NCBI GenBank assembly: GCA_964252035.1
Contig: OZ176205.1
DNA: 64,000 nucleotides
Origin: Podarcis erhardii
Taxonomy: Eukaryota
Direction: 5' to 3' (one strand)
A program made the translations under genes and the position numbers. How positions within the stretch are numbered: the first letter of the stretch is position 1; each line of letters starts with the position of its first letter. The notes under the pieces are model-generated. The model searched no databases. It saw only the letters and a list, made by a program, of their open reading frames with translations, and was not told the DNA's origin. Below are positions 1-11,981 of the stretch, one piece after another.

Positions 1-572
1 TAAGGGAACTTCAGAGCCACAAAGGTCATTGCTGCTTTCTAGTACAGCTCTACCAAAGAAAGCTTTCCCCGCTATTGCACCTCCATGTAGTAAAGGGAGA
101 GACACACACACCAGCTGGGTTTCTGTCTGTCATTAGAAATTAAAGGCACAAGTGCCCTGCCGGAAAACAAAGCAGGAACTCTAAAGCCAGCCCCTGCTAA
201 CAAGAAATTCAGCCAAGGCTTGTTCTCCTTCCTGAACTGCTAAGTAGGCCAGGATGGCAAAGAAAACATCCTGTACCCTTATCGGTGTCAATGCTGTGAA
301 AGCCATCATTATTTTCTTTATCCACACACTAAGTACCTGCAGGACAGCCACACAATAAACAAAGCTTTCTTCTCCTCAGCTAGAGTACACTGAGAACAAC
401 CACATTTTGTCATGAACATGCACCAGTATTTCTAAACTGCTCAGCCCTTTCTGCAGTCGAGTGTTTCACTCCTAGGCTACTGCTGTCCTTTGCATTTGTC
501 ACCCATCTTTCCTTCACCTGGTGATGGAAAGGCACACCTTAGAAAGAAGCTCTACTCCGATCTCCCTATCTC

Positions 573-906
573 ATAGAATCATAGAATCATAGAGTTGGAA
601 GAGACCACAAGGGCCATCGAGTCCAACCCCCTGCCAAGCAGGAAACACCATCAGAGCACTCCTGACATATGGTTGTCAAGCCTCTGCTTAAAGACCTCCA
701 AAGAAGGAGACTCCACCACACTCCTTGGCAGCAAATTCCACTGTTGAACAGCTCTTACTGTCAGGAAGTTCTTCCTAATGTTTAGGTGGAATCTTCTTTC
801 TTGTAGTTTGGAACCATTGCTCCGTGTCCGCTTCTCTGGAGCAGCAGAAAACAACCTTTCTCCCTCCTCTATGTGACATCCTTTTATATACAGTATTTGA
901 ACATGG
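573..906 (-). mobile_element. CR1 LINE 3' fragment
   Basis: (ATTCTATG)n-type tail at 573-592. Minus ORF 651-854 encodes the CR1 ORF2 C-terminus (RFHLNIRKNFLTVRAVQQWN...LEVFKQRLD). TSD CTATCTC at 566-572 and 907-913. Confidence 0.92.
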
Positions 907-1339
907 CTATCTCCACTTGCAACTTATTAAATTGGGTTTCCGTACATGCTCGGTGTATTTGACTCAGTTCTCCAACATTGCTCATAGGACATCTGTAGCA
1001 ACTTCACACACCACCCAACAGCTGAGTGGTAACAACACAGCAGGTAGAAACATGCAATTTTTATCTGCTGTCTTTCAACAACTCCCACGGAAATGAGACT
1101 GGCCTGTCTCACTCATGATCTATCAAGCCAGGTGCAGGCCACAAGGAGCTTAACAGCCTTTCTGATTTTGCTGCCTGGCCATAGCACAAGAACAGGCTAG
1201 CTGTCAGGTAGTCGGCAAGCAACAATGCATAGCTTGTGAGCTGCTTGGTGAAGGGCGATAGGTCACTCATTGAGCTTCTGCTTTGCTTGCAGAAAGGTGC
1301 CAACTTCAACCCCTAGCAACTTAACTTAGAGCTGGGAGA

Positions 1340-1545
1340 GATCCCATCTGAATCTCTGGAGGGCTGCTGTCAGTGTAGGCCATATTGAATTAGACCAGGG
1401 ATAGCCAATGTGGTGCCTGCCATACATTGGTCTCAGCAGTATGGCCAATGGTCAGGATTAATGGGAGGTCCACCACACCTGGATGACATTATATTGGCTA
1501 CACCTGAGCTAGATGGACCAGTGGTCAGACTTCCCATGTTCCTAT
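1340..1545 (+). mobile_element. tRNA-Ala SINE (Squam2/Anolis SINE2-like) 3' part, interrupted by a hAT MITE at about 1396-1506
   Basis: The body ...ctgctgtcagtgtagg...gagctagatggaccagtggtcagact matches the fuller copies at 61126 and 61435. The inserted MITE has TIRs cagggatagccaa / ttggctacacctg. Confidence 0.6.
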
Positions 1546-2344
1546 ATTTGGATTCATAGGTCACAAGATGTGAACAGACCTTCATTAAGGGATGCCATAC
1601 AGTTGTATTAGAAATTGCCCCATAAACTGCTTGTTAATCCCATATAAAACAGTCATAAAATACTGCTATAGATGGTTACATGCTGAAATAAGGATACAAC
1701 ATTGTGATTTATATTCTAATAGTAAAGTGAATTGTTCCCTTTAATATTGTTTGAAAACAATTATGAGAAAAGGGCTGCGGTTGAGACCCTGGGAGGCATT
1801 AAACTAATACAATGACTAGTGCAAGAGGATTTCCCCATCTTCTCCTGCCCATTACCAAATCTGCTCCAGAGGCTTGGAGGAATCACCAGACCAGATTTAG
1901 GGGGTACATGGGAAAGAAGATGGAAAATGCTTTTTACTACATTTTATTACATTTACTACATTCAGCTTAGTACTATGTTGAATACAACCCCATACATTTA
2001 AAGTACATGACTTCCCCCAGACAATCCTGGGAACTGTAGTTTGTTCACTGTGCTGGGAATTGTAGCACCGAACAGGTAAAGCCAAAGTTGTCAACCTGAC
2101 ATAGCAGAAGTGCTTTTTCGGAACGGAGGAGGCGCCTAGGCACAGCTGAAGCTGACATTAATATTGCACGAAGGGAACATAAGAGGATGCAGCCAGAAAG
2201 GCAGCTTCAGGTCAGGCCTGGAGCTAAAGGCAAGCCAACAAGGTTTAGATGCCATACAGAAATTAAGTTCTTCCCACAGACCAGAGCAGCAGGCAGAGGA
2301 GCACCAGGGAAAGGATTAACAGAATTCTTCAGGAGGACAGTACA

Positions 2345-2480
2345 TAAAGACAACTTTATTTTTATATATCTATTTCACCCTTTCTCCAAGGAGCACGGGG
2401 CAGGCTTAAATGGTCCTTCTGTTCTCCATCCATTTTATTTTCACAACCACCTTGTGAGGCTGGTTAAACTAAGACAGTAA
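2345..2480 (-). mobile_element. old MIR/Ther1-like SINE fragment
   Basis: Degenerate core motif cacaaccaccttgtgaggctggtt and an AT-rich tail. Confidence 0.45.
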
Positions 2481-2714
2481 GCTGAAATTCTTTTGGCCAT
2501 ACAGTTCTTTAGCCCTACTGAATTTATCCCCCGCCAAAAGAACCTCAGCTTGCTGTCCAATTTGCAAGCTTCACTCCATTTATGCTATACACATAAAGAA
2601 AAAGAAAACAGCAAGCAACGTTTCCTCATTGTCCAGTATACAAGACAGTTCAGCGAGATACTTCCTGCACACCAAAATCCCCCACCCCAGGCTGTGTGCC
2701 ACAAACTTCAAGCT

Positions 2715-2790
2715 GCAATCCTATACTCACTTACCTGGAAGTAAGATCCACTGAACTCAACTCTTATTTCTGAGTAGGCATTATAGGATT
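2715..2790. repeat. short palindromic dispersed repeat (MITE-like)
   Basis: gcaatccta...acttacctgg.agtaag..ccactgaactcaa...ttatttctgagtag...ataggatt. Related copies lie near 15030-15130, 16690-16785, 20465-20580, 37140-37200, 46570-46620 and 62655-62735. Confidence 0.6.
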
Positions 2791-2860
2791 CCACTGTCTG
2801 ACTGTTTCCAAACAGAGCACTACTTGCTTACATTCTCTGCCATAACAGCTCCCCAAATGT

Positions 2861-2884
2861 ACACACACACACACACACACACAC
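2861..2884. repeat. (CA)n microsatellite
   Basis: Direct reading. Confidence 0.95.
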
Positions 2885-3589
2885 CAATAGTTTTCCTACC
2901 AGCTTACTTGCCAGCCAGCTTACTTGCCAGCCAGCTTACATTACCTGGATAGGACCTTCAACCTGACTTCAGTGGTTCTTGGACTTTGAAATGAGCAGAG
3001 TCTCAAGATTCCAACAGGTTGCTACCTACAGACACATCTTTTCTGTGCTCCACCTACTTACCTGGTGCTTCCTGTTTTCCTCACACCTGAATGAGGGGAG
3101 GAGTCTGTATAACAAGCATTACCAGGTTACTGCGGGCTGAGCCTATGGGGACATCAGAAATCTCTCCTGGGCTTCCTTGTATTAAGCCGCAGATGAGTGT
3201 TTGAGCTGCAGGTATTTGACAGTTCAGCCTGTCTCTCTCACCGGCTTATCAGACCTGACAGATTGCCACTAATTAGCAACAAGGAGCCCCCTGCTGTTTG
3301 ATTGAGCATTCATTTTGCAGGCAATGGATTTTGCTATGTGATTTCCAAGAGCTGGATTTTCAAGGGGCTTAAGATTTTGCAGAACGACAGAAGTTGGACT
3401 CACTTGACTGTGAATGTTTTCGTGGAAGGACTAATTCCGTGTGAGTGTTGCAAGCAAGGTTTAAAAGCTCGGGATTGTGTTCAACTGGGCAACAGTGTGT
3501 GTCTCCTGTTGTGTTGCAAGGAAAGAGTGTGGACCTATGCTCTTGTAAAACGAAAGTGCTGAGAATGAGGGTTGCGTTTTGAGCACATG

Positions 3590-3740
3590 ATACATGTAAA
3601 GCACATATCTACCTCCTCCCCAAATCCTGGGAATTGTAGTTTATTAAGGGTGCTGGGAATTGTAGCTGTGTGATGGGGAAAGTATAGTTCCCAGGATTCC
3701 TTTTGGGGGGAATGTTTCTTTAAATGTCTTTTGTGCATGC
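3590..3740. repeat. palindromic MITE-like repeat, unclassified family
   Basis: gggaattgtagtttattaagggtgctgggaattgtagct...ttcccaggattc. Related copies lie at about 2000-2070, 15585-15760, 15830-15975 and 25191-25582. Confidence 0.6.
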
Positions 3741-3897
3741 AGTCTGAAACAGAGAAATTAAGGAGGTGAAGCTTTTAAACCCATTTAGGACCATCTCAGA
3801 AAAAGCTCTGCTAAGGGAATTTCCACTAAGCATTAAGATAGTTACATCTGTCTGTCAGTAAAACAGATTGCCTTGGAAGGCAATTTATTCTCCTTTT

Positions 3898-4005
3898 TTA
3901 AAAGATGTTTTTAAACGGAAGCTGGACAGCCACCTATCAGAGATGCTGTAGTTTCAAGATTCCTTCAATGAGCAGGGGTTTGGACTATCAGATGGTTTTC
4001 AAGAG
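3898..4005 (+). mobile_element. old CR1 3' fragment
   Basis: gatgtttttaaacggaagctggacagccacctatcag...caggggtttggacta resembles the CR1 ORF2 end and 3' UTR. Confidence 0.55.
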
Positions 4006-4392
4006 CCTCTCTAGACTGGTACTTTATTACAGGTGTATTCTGCAACATGTTCCTTGCCCAGTAATAGTGAATTAATTATGTTTTTGTTTTTTCTGCGATG
4101 CTTCCCCACATTGTTGATGTCTGGAGGGACTATAGTGCAGCAAAAGCAGGACAAAAATAAACAACATATGCACTGATTGGAAATGAAACAATGTGATCAG
4201 CCCAAAAGTTTTGCAAGCACAAACAACATTTTAAGTGGGGTCGCATGTGATCACACCAAGAGCATCATGAATGTGCAATAAAAACGAGGTCAGGAGGGTC
4301 CCCAAGATTCCTTCCCATTGTATTATTCTATCGCTTTCCTTCTAGTTTTACCTATCTAGGCCCATTAGGAGTAGATTAAAATCCACAGGCTT

Positions 4393-4645
4393 TTGGCTTT
4401 GGATAAACATTCACAAACTTTTTATTGATAATAATCAGCTAAATAGTTTGAGGATATATACAACTGTGTAACATGCAGAAAACAGCATTTTTAGAGAAAT
4501 CAAAGACTGGAACTGAGGGAAGACGGGTGGGGGTGGGTGGGTTCTGTGGGGGAAGGGGGGGAGGGAGGAAAATGGGGGGATAAGGATGATATGTTTCTGG
4601 ATAATATGTTTTGTTTTGATTTTGAATAAAAAAAGTTATTAAAAA
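4393..4645 (+). mobile_element. L1/Tx1-like LINE 3' end
   Basis: G-rich 3' UTR, AATAAA and a poly(A) end. TSD AAAATCCA(C/T)AGGCTT at 4378-4392 and 4646-4660 with one mismatch. Confidence 0.7.
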
Positions 4646-6318
4646 AAATCCATAGGCTTCAGTTGGGATAGTTGTCCTGTTCCTGTTATTCTGTAATATA
4701 TTAATTTTGTACTGCATGTGATGTCATAAAGCCACACTTTCTTCTTTTCCTACATTTATATAGCTGTTCTATAACAGGAGTTCTCCAGGTGGCTCACAAA
4801 GCATTCATGAATTAGCCCAACGCTTTGTCAAGTCCCGCTTGAGCGAAAAAGTAATGCACAGCCATCTACCAACAATGAACTCATCCTCCGAGTGTAGGAT
4901 CCTTATGCTGTCCAAATGCACCTTCTGTGCACAGGGAGAAGATATCAGCACAGCAGTCTTGAGCAATTTTCACAGTTTGCAGACTTACAAAACAAAATCT
5001 TTGTATGAGAAATCATAGAAGGGACGAGAGAAGGAATTCCAAAAGAGCCCAATGAGGACTAAACACACTGACTGGCTCAAAGAGGCATGGGAAAGAAATG
5101 GAATGGTGCATTCTGGGAAAGAGGATGGCTGCCGGCTGCTTAGAACCTTTAACGTGAGCCTTCCACACTGCAACATTTAGTTGCAACGCCACCACTGAGG
5201 GAAAAGCAAGCATTTCATTTCACCACAAGATGGCAATGGTCTATCTCTACCAAGCTATATTGTGGCCTCAACTTTATTGGTTCTTCCCCTCAGTTATGAA
5301 CATGCCTTCATTTCTGAAAGAAATCTGACACACACAGAGGAATGCTAAGTATAGGAAGCTGGCAGAGATGCCTGCTTGCACCACTGTCTGGCTTAGATTT
5401 CTAGCTTTCATTTTAAAAAGAGAGAGAGAAAGAAAGAGACCTTGTAGAACTGAACACACGAGGCAAAATGTGCAGACACTATTGTGCCCAGTGGTTTTAT
5501 AAAAAAGGACCACATGCCTGCCTTTTAGTGTTTTTGCCCATGAGTGAAGTCTTACTTATAAATGGTTGCTATTTAGGGCAGTGGTAATAACCATAAAGAT
5601 TTTTAAAGTGTACATACTCATTGCCCAAAGCAGGGACATACTGGTTCAGTTTGAATTCCTTTATTTGGTCTTCCCTGGTGGAGAAGGGAAAGGAGACATT
5701 CAGACATTTACAGCTCAGCCCTGTACATCAGGGATAGGTAATTATACTTTTCTGTCAAGGGTACATTTCTTCAAGGTAGAGATCAGGGAGAAATTTGGTT
5801 TCATTTACATTTAAAGTTATGCTTCCCAAGACGATAAATGAACAAACATGTATTTTGCAATATTTATGTACTGCTTAATCAACAAAACCCTCTTTGTGAT
5901 TTAGATTTTAAAAAAACCCTCCACTAAACATTCATAAAAATACCAATAATATCAAACATAAAAAACACCTTGACCCGAAATAGAATCCAACTATAAATCA
6001 GCAGTTTTAAAAACAAATGCACAATAAATTATATGTTAAAAGTGACTTGTCTGGGTAGTCTTGCCTATGCAAAAGGGTTTTCAGAAGGCTCCAGAAGCAA
6101 TGCAATGAAGGAACATGACAATATGCAAGGAGACAGGGTGGGTTGTGGCACTGATGCCTACCTGAAAGGGGGCTCAGCTGAGTCCCACCAGCTGAAAATG
6201 ATGCTGATAGGTTTTGGTGATGCAAGGTTTGGATTTCCTACTGCTGGTTTTTGTTATTGAAAAAACGAATTAGCACCCCTACACTGCTGCTTTGCAGATT
6301 AGTAAAATGGTGCTCTAC

Positions 6319-6681
6319 GGGACGCAGGTGGCGCTGTGGGTTAAAGCCTCAGCGCCTAGGACTTGCCAATCAAAAGGTTGGCGGTTCGAATCCCCGCGGC
6401 GGGGTGCTCTCCCGTTGCTCAGTCCCAGCGCCTGCCAACCTAGCAGTTCGAAAGCACCCCCGGGTGCAATTAGATAAATAGGGACCGCTTACTAGCAGGA
6501 AGGTAAACTGCGTTTCTGTGTGCTGCGCTGGCTTGCCAGATGCAGCTTGTCTCACTGGCCACGTGACCCGGAAGTGTCTGCAGACAGCGCTGGCTCCCGG
6601 CCTATAGAGTGAGATGAGCGCACAACCCTAGAGTCTGTCAAGACTGGCCCGTACGGGCAGGGGTACCTTTACCTTTACCTT
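6319..6681 (+). mobile_element. full-length Sauria SINE (Squam1)
   Basis: tRNA-like head gggacgcaggtggcgctgtgggttaa...ggttcgaatcccc, BovB-like tail (ACCTTT)n, and 14-bp TSD TAAAATGGTGCTCT at 6303-6316 and 6682-6695. Confidence 0.93.
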
Positions 6682-6839
6682 TAAAATGGTGCTCTGGGAA
6701 TCCTTCTGAAGTCTTTCTTCCTGTGTTTTTCCATATCCCGCCCCCCATGGAAACTTCCTCTCTATTAGTTGGGGGGGCAATATATATGCCATACCTGCCT
6801 CCCCCCTCCTTCCCCTACAGAACCAATAATAGCTCTAGG

Positions 6840-6991
6840 CAGTGCCTCTTTTCTGGGGGGACACAGGGGTACGCATACCCCTAAACATTTTGTGAATCTA
6901 AGTTTGGCTTCATTTAGGGGCAGAATTTCAATATGAGTAGGAAAATGAGAGTACCCCTAAACATTTATTTAGATTGCGGGGGGGGGCACTG
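6840..6991. mobile_element. hAT-type MITE
   Basis: Termini cagtgcc / ggcactg with a perfect 8-bp TSD GCTCTAGG at 6832-6839 and 6992-6999. Confidence 0.8.
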
Positions 6992-7213
6992 GCTCTAGGA
7001 GAGGAGTGCAATTAAATTGTGGAAAGGGCAAGAGATGAAACAGCTGAACATTCAATCCCCAGCCCTTTAAAAAAACATTTTTTAAAAAATGAAATGTTTT
7101 CAGTATGACAAACTGGTAAGAAGTTTTCAGTATGAAAAGCCTGAGAGATTCCATTCGGGCATCATCCGTGTCATGTCCTGTTTGGCTGAAACTGAGGGAA
7201 GTTTTGTTAGGAG

Positions 7214-7480
7214 GAGGAGCCAGTGTCACATAGTGGTTAAGAGCAGTGGACTCTGGTGAACTGCATTCATGTCTTCGCTCCTCCACATGCAGCTGCTGGG
7301 TGACCCTGGGCTAGTCACACTTCTCTGAAGTCTCTCAGGCCCACTTACCTCACAGAGTGTTTGTTGTGGGAGAGGAAGGGAAAGGAGAATGTTAGCTGCT
7401 TTGAGACTCCTTTGGGTAGTGATAAAGTGGGATATCAAATCCAAACTACTCCTCCTCCTCCTACTCCTCCTCCTCTTCTT
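7214..7480 (+). mobile_element. Squam3-like (Ther1/MIR-derived) SINE
   Basis: Head gagccagtgtcacatagtggttaagagc, core gggtgaccctgggctagtcac, and a (CTC/CTT)n tail. Similar to the copy at 31084. Confidence 0.85.
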
Positions 7481-7653
7481 CAGAAAACAGAAGCAAGTAG
7501 CAGCTGAAATTTCCAGTCTAATCTACATGCCTAGGCACACCTAGGAGTTCTTTTTAAATGAACCAGTTCTAAGACAATGATACTTTCAGTTCCTCTCTTT
7601 ATTATAGCGTCTTCCAAATAGATCCTCCTCCCAGTCTAAAGTCAGACAGATTG

Positions 7654-7897
7654 ATCATCATCATCATCATCATATTTTTTTTATTATTTATACCCCGCCC
7701 ACCTGGGTGGCTCCCAACAGAATATTAAAAACATGATAATACACCAAACATTAAAAACTTCCCTAAACAGGACTGCCTTCAGATATCTTCTAAAAGTCAG
7801 ATAATTGTTTATTTCCTTGACATCTGATGGGAGGGCGTTCCACAGGGTGGGCGCCACTACCAAGAAGGCCCTCTGCCTGGTTCTCTGTAACCTCACT
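7654..7897 (-). mobile_element. L2 LINE 3' fragment
   Basis: Minus ORF 7684-7896 RAFLVVAPTLWNALP...FRRYLKAVLF is a typical L2 ORF2 C-terminus, with a simple-repeat tail. Confidence 0.85.
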
Positions 7898-7994
7898 TTT
7901 AGCAGCAGAGGAGTCTAGGCACTGGTGTGGGTGACAGGGTGGAATGGAGGGAAAGGAGAGGAAGGGTGTTGCTGCACTGGAAATGGTTTCCTGT

Positions 7995-8315
7995 GGGGCG
8001 TCTCCACCCCCATCGTTCTGCCCAGACACTGAGGTCCAGCCCCGAGGGCCTTCTGGCAGTTCCCTCACTGCAAGAAGCCAAATTACAGGGAACTAGGCAG
8101 AGGGCCTTCTCAGTAGTGGCACCCACCCTGTGGAATGCCCTTCCACCAGATGTCAAAGAGAAGAACAACTACCAGACTTTTAGAAGACATCTGAAGGCAG
8201 CCCTCTTTAGGGCAGCTTTAAATGTTTAACAGACCACTGTATTTTAATACTTTGTTGGAAGCCGCCCAAAGTGGCTGGGGAACCCCAGCCAGATGGGTGG
8301 AGTATAAATAATAAA

Positions 8316-8358
<43 letters not shown>
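7995..8358 (+). mobile_element. L2 LINE 3' fragment with (TAT)n tail
   Basis: ORF 7927-8229 ends RAFSVVAPTLWNALPPDVK...FRRHLKAALF, followed by the 3' UTR and a (TAT)n tail. Confidence 0.88.
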
Positions 8359-8895
8359 TCCTTCCCAGCTCTCTAACTCCATCCCCAGCCACCCCTAAGA
8401 GGCTGAAGTTGTTCCCAGCTCCTTATTTTCACAAAAATTCAAAACTGATCTGTTTGAGTGTAGCTCCCAGTAAGGAACTAAAGCTTCTATGTCCCCATCA
8501 GTGGCGTGTGGTCAGTCAACGAGGGGGATTAGGCTTGTCCTCTAAAGATTCCCCTGAAGCCTCCTTCCCAAAGTCTGGCTTAGGGTTGGGGGTGCAATGC
8601 TCCGATGGGTCCAAGAAGCCTCCGACCACCTTCACTAAGCCCGCCCGGCTTTGGGAAGGAGGCAGGAGGGCTCCAGCATCCTGTCATAGCCCTGGCATCT
8701 CCTTCACAAAGCCCAGGAAGCTTCTGCCCAGCTTAGGAAGGAAGGCGCATTGCTCAAGCACACAACATTGGGAGGTGGTGACATCACACATGTGACATCG
8801 GCCCCTCCCTATTGCCCTTGCAAGCTGGTGTTTCCGGCACTAACTGTTCCCCAGTGAAAAACTGGTCCCTTCACTCCCAAATAAATTTATGGCAA

Positions 8896-9011
8896 ACCAC
8901 GTGACCCGGAAGTGTCTGCGGACAGCGCTGGCTCCCGGCCTCTAGAGTGAGATGAGCGCACAACCCTAGAGTCTGTCAAGACTGGCCCGTACGGTCAGGG
9001 GTACCTTTACG
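8896..9011 (+). mobile_element. Sauria SINE 3' fragment
   Basis: Near-identical to 6558-6672 and ends in gtacctttac. Confidence 0.88.
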
Positions 9012-9526
9012 TGGCACATAATGCACGTTATGATCCTAAAGTGACTTGGTCTACAAAGGGCACACACTAAAAATGTTGCATATCTTTCATTCCCCCTCCT
9101 CCAGCCTTCCTAGGGATTGCACAAATAGCCCACATGCAGGATTTTCCCATTCAATACAAGCTTGTGTGAACACTTTCATACCTTCCAAGTGTCCTGGAAA
9201 AAACGGGATTTCCCATTTTTCACACGAGATCTTGATGGCCCTTTCAGGGTGAGAGCGAGCTGGAGGTAATGTGACTCGCCCAAGAGTGCATCCCAGAAGA
9301 CATGCATCCTGGTTTTGCATCAGAAAAAGTTGGACGGTATGCACTTCATGCTCAATTCTTTACAAAGCGGAACTTCCCATTCCAAAATAGGAAAACAACA
9401 TACAGTACAACCTGTAGGGGGAAATGAAGCAGGAAGATCTGGATAAATCATTGTTTGTCAGTTATTCAATTTTCCTGTTTTGAATATTTAAAAAATCTTA
9501 TTGTGCTTTTTAAAAAGCAACAACAG

Positions 9527-9529
<3 letters not shown>

Positions 9530-9567
<38 letters not shown>
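9530..9567. repeat. (CA)n microsatellite
   Basis: Direct reading. Confidence 0.95.
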
Positions 9568-9568
<1 letters not shown>

Positions 9569-10389
9569 CTGCAGGGCTTGCCATAAATTGTCACCACCAC
9601 TGCCAATACTGTTGTTGTTGGGATGTAGGGTGTATGGAAAGGGGAGAAACAAAAATGAATGCTTGATCTAACCCCAGGAAAAAACCGAGACAACCCACCC
9701 ACTGTCTCGAGTGCCATGGCTTATAGTTGCATTTTTCAAAACCTATCCAATTATCCCTGGATCAAGTAAACACATTTACAGAGGGAAACGAGAGAGATAG
9801 AAACTCTTTAATGGGGGGTGTCATGTGGACAATGCAAAATAGGAACACAAACAGCTTCAAATACAGGTGTGGGCAAATCCTACACAAACGTGTCTGAGTT
9901 GCAGCTGTTCTGTAATTACAACAGGATGAGACTAAACAGTCTATGAAACAGTCTTCAATTTGAAAAAGGGAGACAGTTGCGTTCTGCGTTACTAACGCTC
10001 TCTATTTTCCAGACACTAGCTCAGCAGGAAAATCTACTTCAGAATACAAGAATTAAAGTGGAGAAGTGTCTGCCTAATGTAATGGCTAGGGATGGCTAAT
10101 ATATTCCCCCCAGATATGACTGGATTCCAAATCCCAACAGCTCCAGCCAGAATGGTTCAGGGATGATGAAAGCTGTAGTTCAATGACATCTAGACCACAG
10201 GTCTGCCAGCCCTTCTTTAGGAACTGGTGTGTCTGTGAGAGAGAAAGATGGGGTGGGGAATAGAGGTATCATAAGCAAAACTACTGAATCTAATTGGCTG
10301 GGGTGACCCACATGCTTTAGAGTCAATGACAGTGTGGGCCAATGAGGGCAAAGAAGGTGAAGAAAGAAAACTGCAGAGAGAACTGTGAG

Positions 10390-10660
10390 GTGTAGTCAAT
10401 GTGATGTCCAGATGTCATGGACCTCCCATCATCCCGGACAACTGGCCATGCTACTAGGGCTGATGGGAGTTGCAGTCCAACAACATATAGAGGGCACCAG
10501 GTTGGTCATCCCTGATCTAATTCAGTATTGTCTATGCTGACTGGCAGCAGCCCTCCATGGTTTCAGGCAGGGGTCTCTTCCAGCCCTACCTAAAGGTGCC
10601 ACGTGCCGAACCTGGAACCTTCTGCACACACGCAGATATTCTCCCACTGAGGCCAGTGCC
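10390..10660 (-). mobile_element. tRNA-Ala SINE 5' part (about 10516-10660) abutting a hairpin hAT MITE (about 10390-10515)
   Basis: The reverse complement of the SINE head and body is present. The MITE ends ccctg and is followed by ATCTAATT, the reverse complement of the SINE's A(G/A)(C/T)TAGAT site. Confidence 0.6.
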
Positions 10661-11730
10661 CTTCAAATTGATACGGAAGCGGGGGCATGTCTTCTTCACC
10701 TTCTTCTTCGCTACAATATATCCATTTATTTCCAATTGTCAATGTCAAAAGGGACTAAAATCTATAAAATTCATAGAAACTCAACATGCCAATTTGCTCA
10801 ATTTCTCTAAGACTCCCTGACACCTCCCCTGTCCTCCATAATCCCTCAAGCAAGGTGTCAAAACCCTAATCCTGTCAAATCACTCTGCCAAGCCTTTCCT
10901 CCGGGCAATGCCAGTATATGGACCATTGTCTTCTCATCACCGGTACTCAGGATGTGCTTATCTGTGCATATCTCCAGCTCTGCATATTCCCCCCTCCGTC
11001 CTCCATATGTTAATGTATTCATGATGTAATCTGTGTAACCCAACCTCTTCTTAATGTATTCATGATGTAACTGGGATGTATTTTGCACTGTATTCTGGGA
11101 CATGGAGGGAAGTTTCAAAAGTTCATGTCACCCCTTTCTCGCTGTTCAATCTCACCTTGAACCTGTTGCACAATAAACTTGGATCTTCTGCAGCTTGCTC
11201 CTGTCTCTGGCTTAGCTCATTTTCCTCCGCAGGGACCCGCGGACTTAGTCCGACGAGCTGGGTGGCAGAGCAGCCTCGCACCCAGATTTTACCGTAACAA
11301 AATGAACACAAAACCATCTGGCTCAGCTCTAACTCCAGATTAATTTCCAGCACACACTTGGCAACCTATCTGGTTATACTAATGGCATTGCTAGCATAAG
11401 CTAAACTTGGGCACTTCAGTTCCTCGGTATTGTAAGAGTATTAGTAATGGGGGAAACCAAGGCGACACCTCTCAGGAACCTGTTGTCATTGCTGTTGCTG
11501 TATCCATTCCAAAGTGGCCCACAGTACAACAGAAAAATATCTAATAACATGGCAGTGCATGTCAAATGCTGGTTCCCTAGACAGATACATGGGATATAAA
11601 CAAGAAGATGGCAAAATATATAGAAAGAAAGTGTGAGTGTAGCGACTGTGGGTTTATCCACACTTCCTCTTCTCCTGCTGCTCCCCCCCCCCGGGGGGGG
11701 GACACAAACACTTTAGTGCTCAATCTAAGC

Positions 11731-11981
11731 CATGGGTAGGCAAACTAAGGCCCGGGGGGCCAGATTCAGCCCAATCGTCTTCTAAATCCGGCCCACGGAT
11801 GGTCTAGAAATCAGCGTGTTTTTACATGAGAAGAATGTGTCCTTTTATTTAAACTGCACCTCTGGATTATTTCTGGGGCATAGGAATTCATTCATTCCCC
11901 CCCAAAAAAGTACAGTACAGCCCCCCACAAGGTCTGAGGAACAGTGGACTGGCCCCCTGCTGAAAAAGTTTGCTGACCCCA
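11731..11981. mobile_element. hAT-Charlie-like MITE
   Basis: TIRs catgggtaggcaaact / aagtttgctgacccc with 8-bp TSD ATCTAAGC at 11723-11730 and 11982-11989. Confidence 0.8.

Noticed and set aside
8271-8795. 174-aa ORF with a poly-Tyr run
   Set aside because: It starts in an L2 3' UTR and the Tyr run is the (TAT)n tail.
11010-11070. 20-bp direct repeat with a 21-bp spacer, CRISPR-like
   Set aside because: Only two units, no cas genes and a vertebrate context. It is a local duplication.
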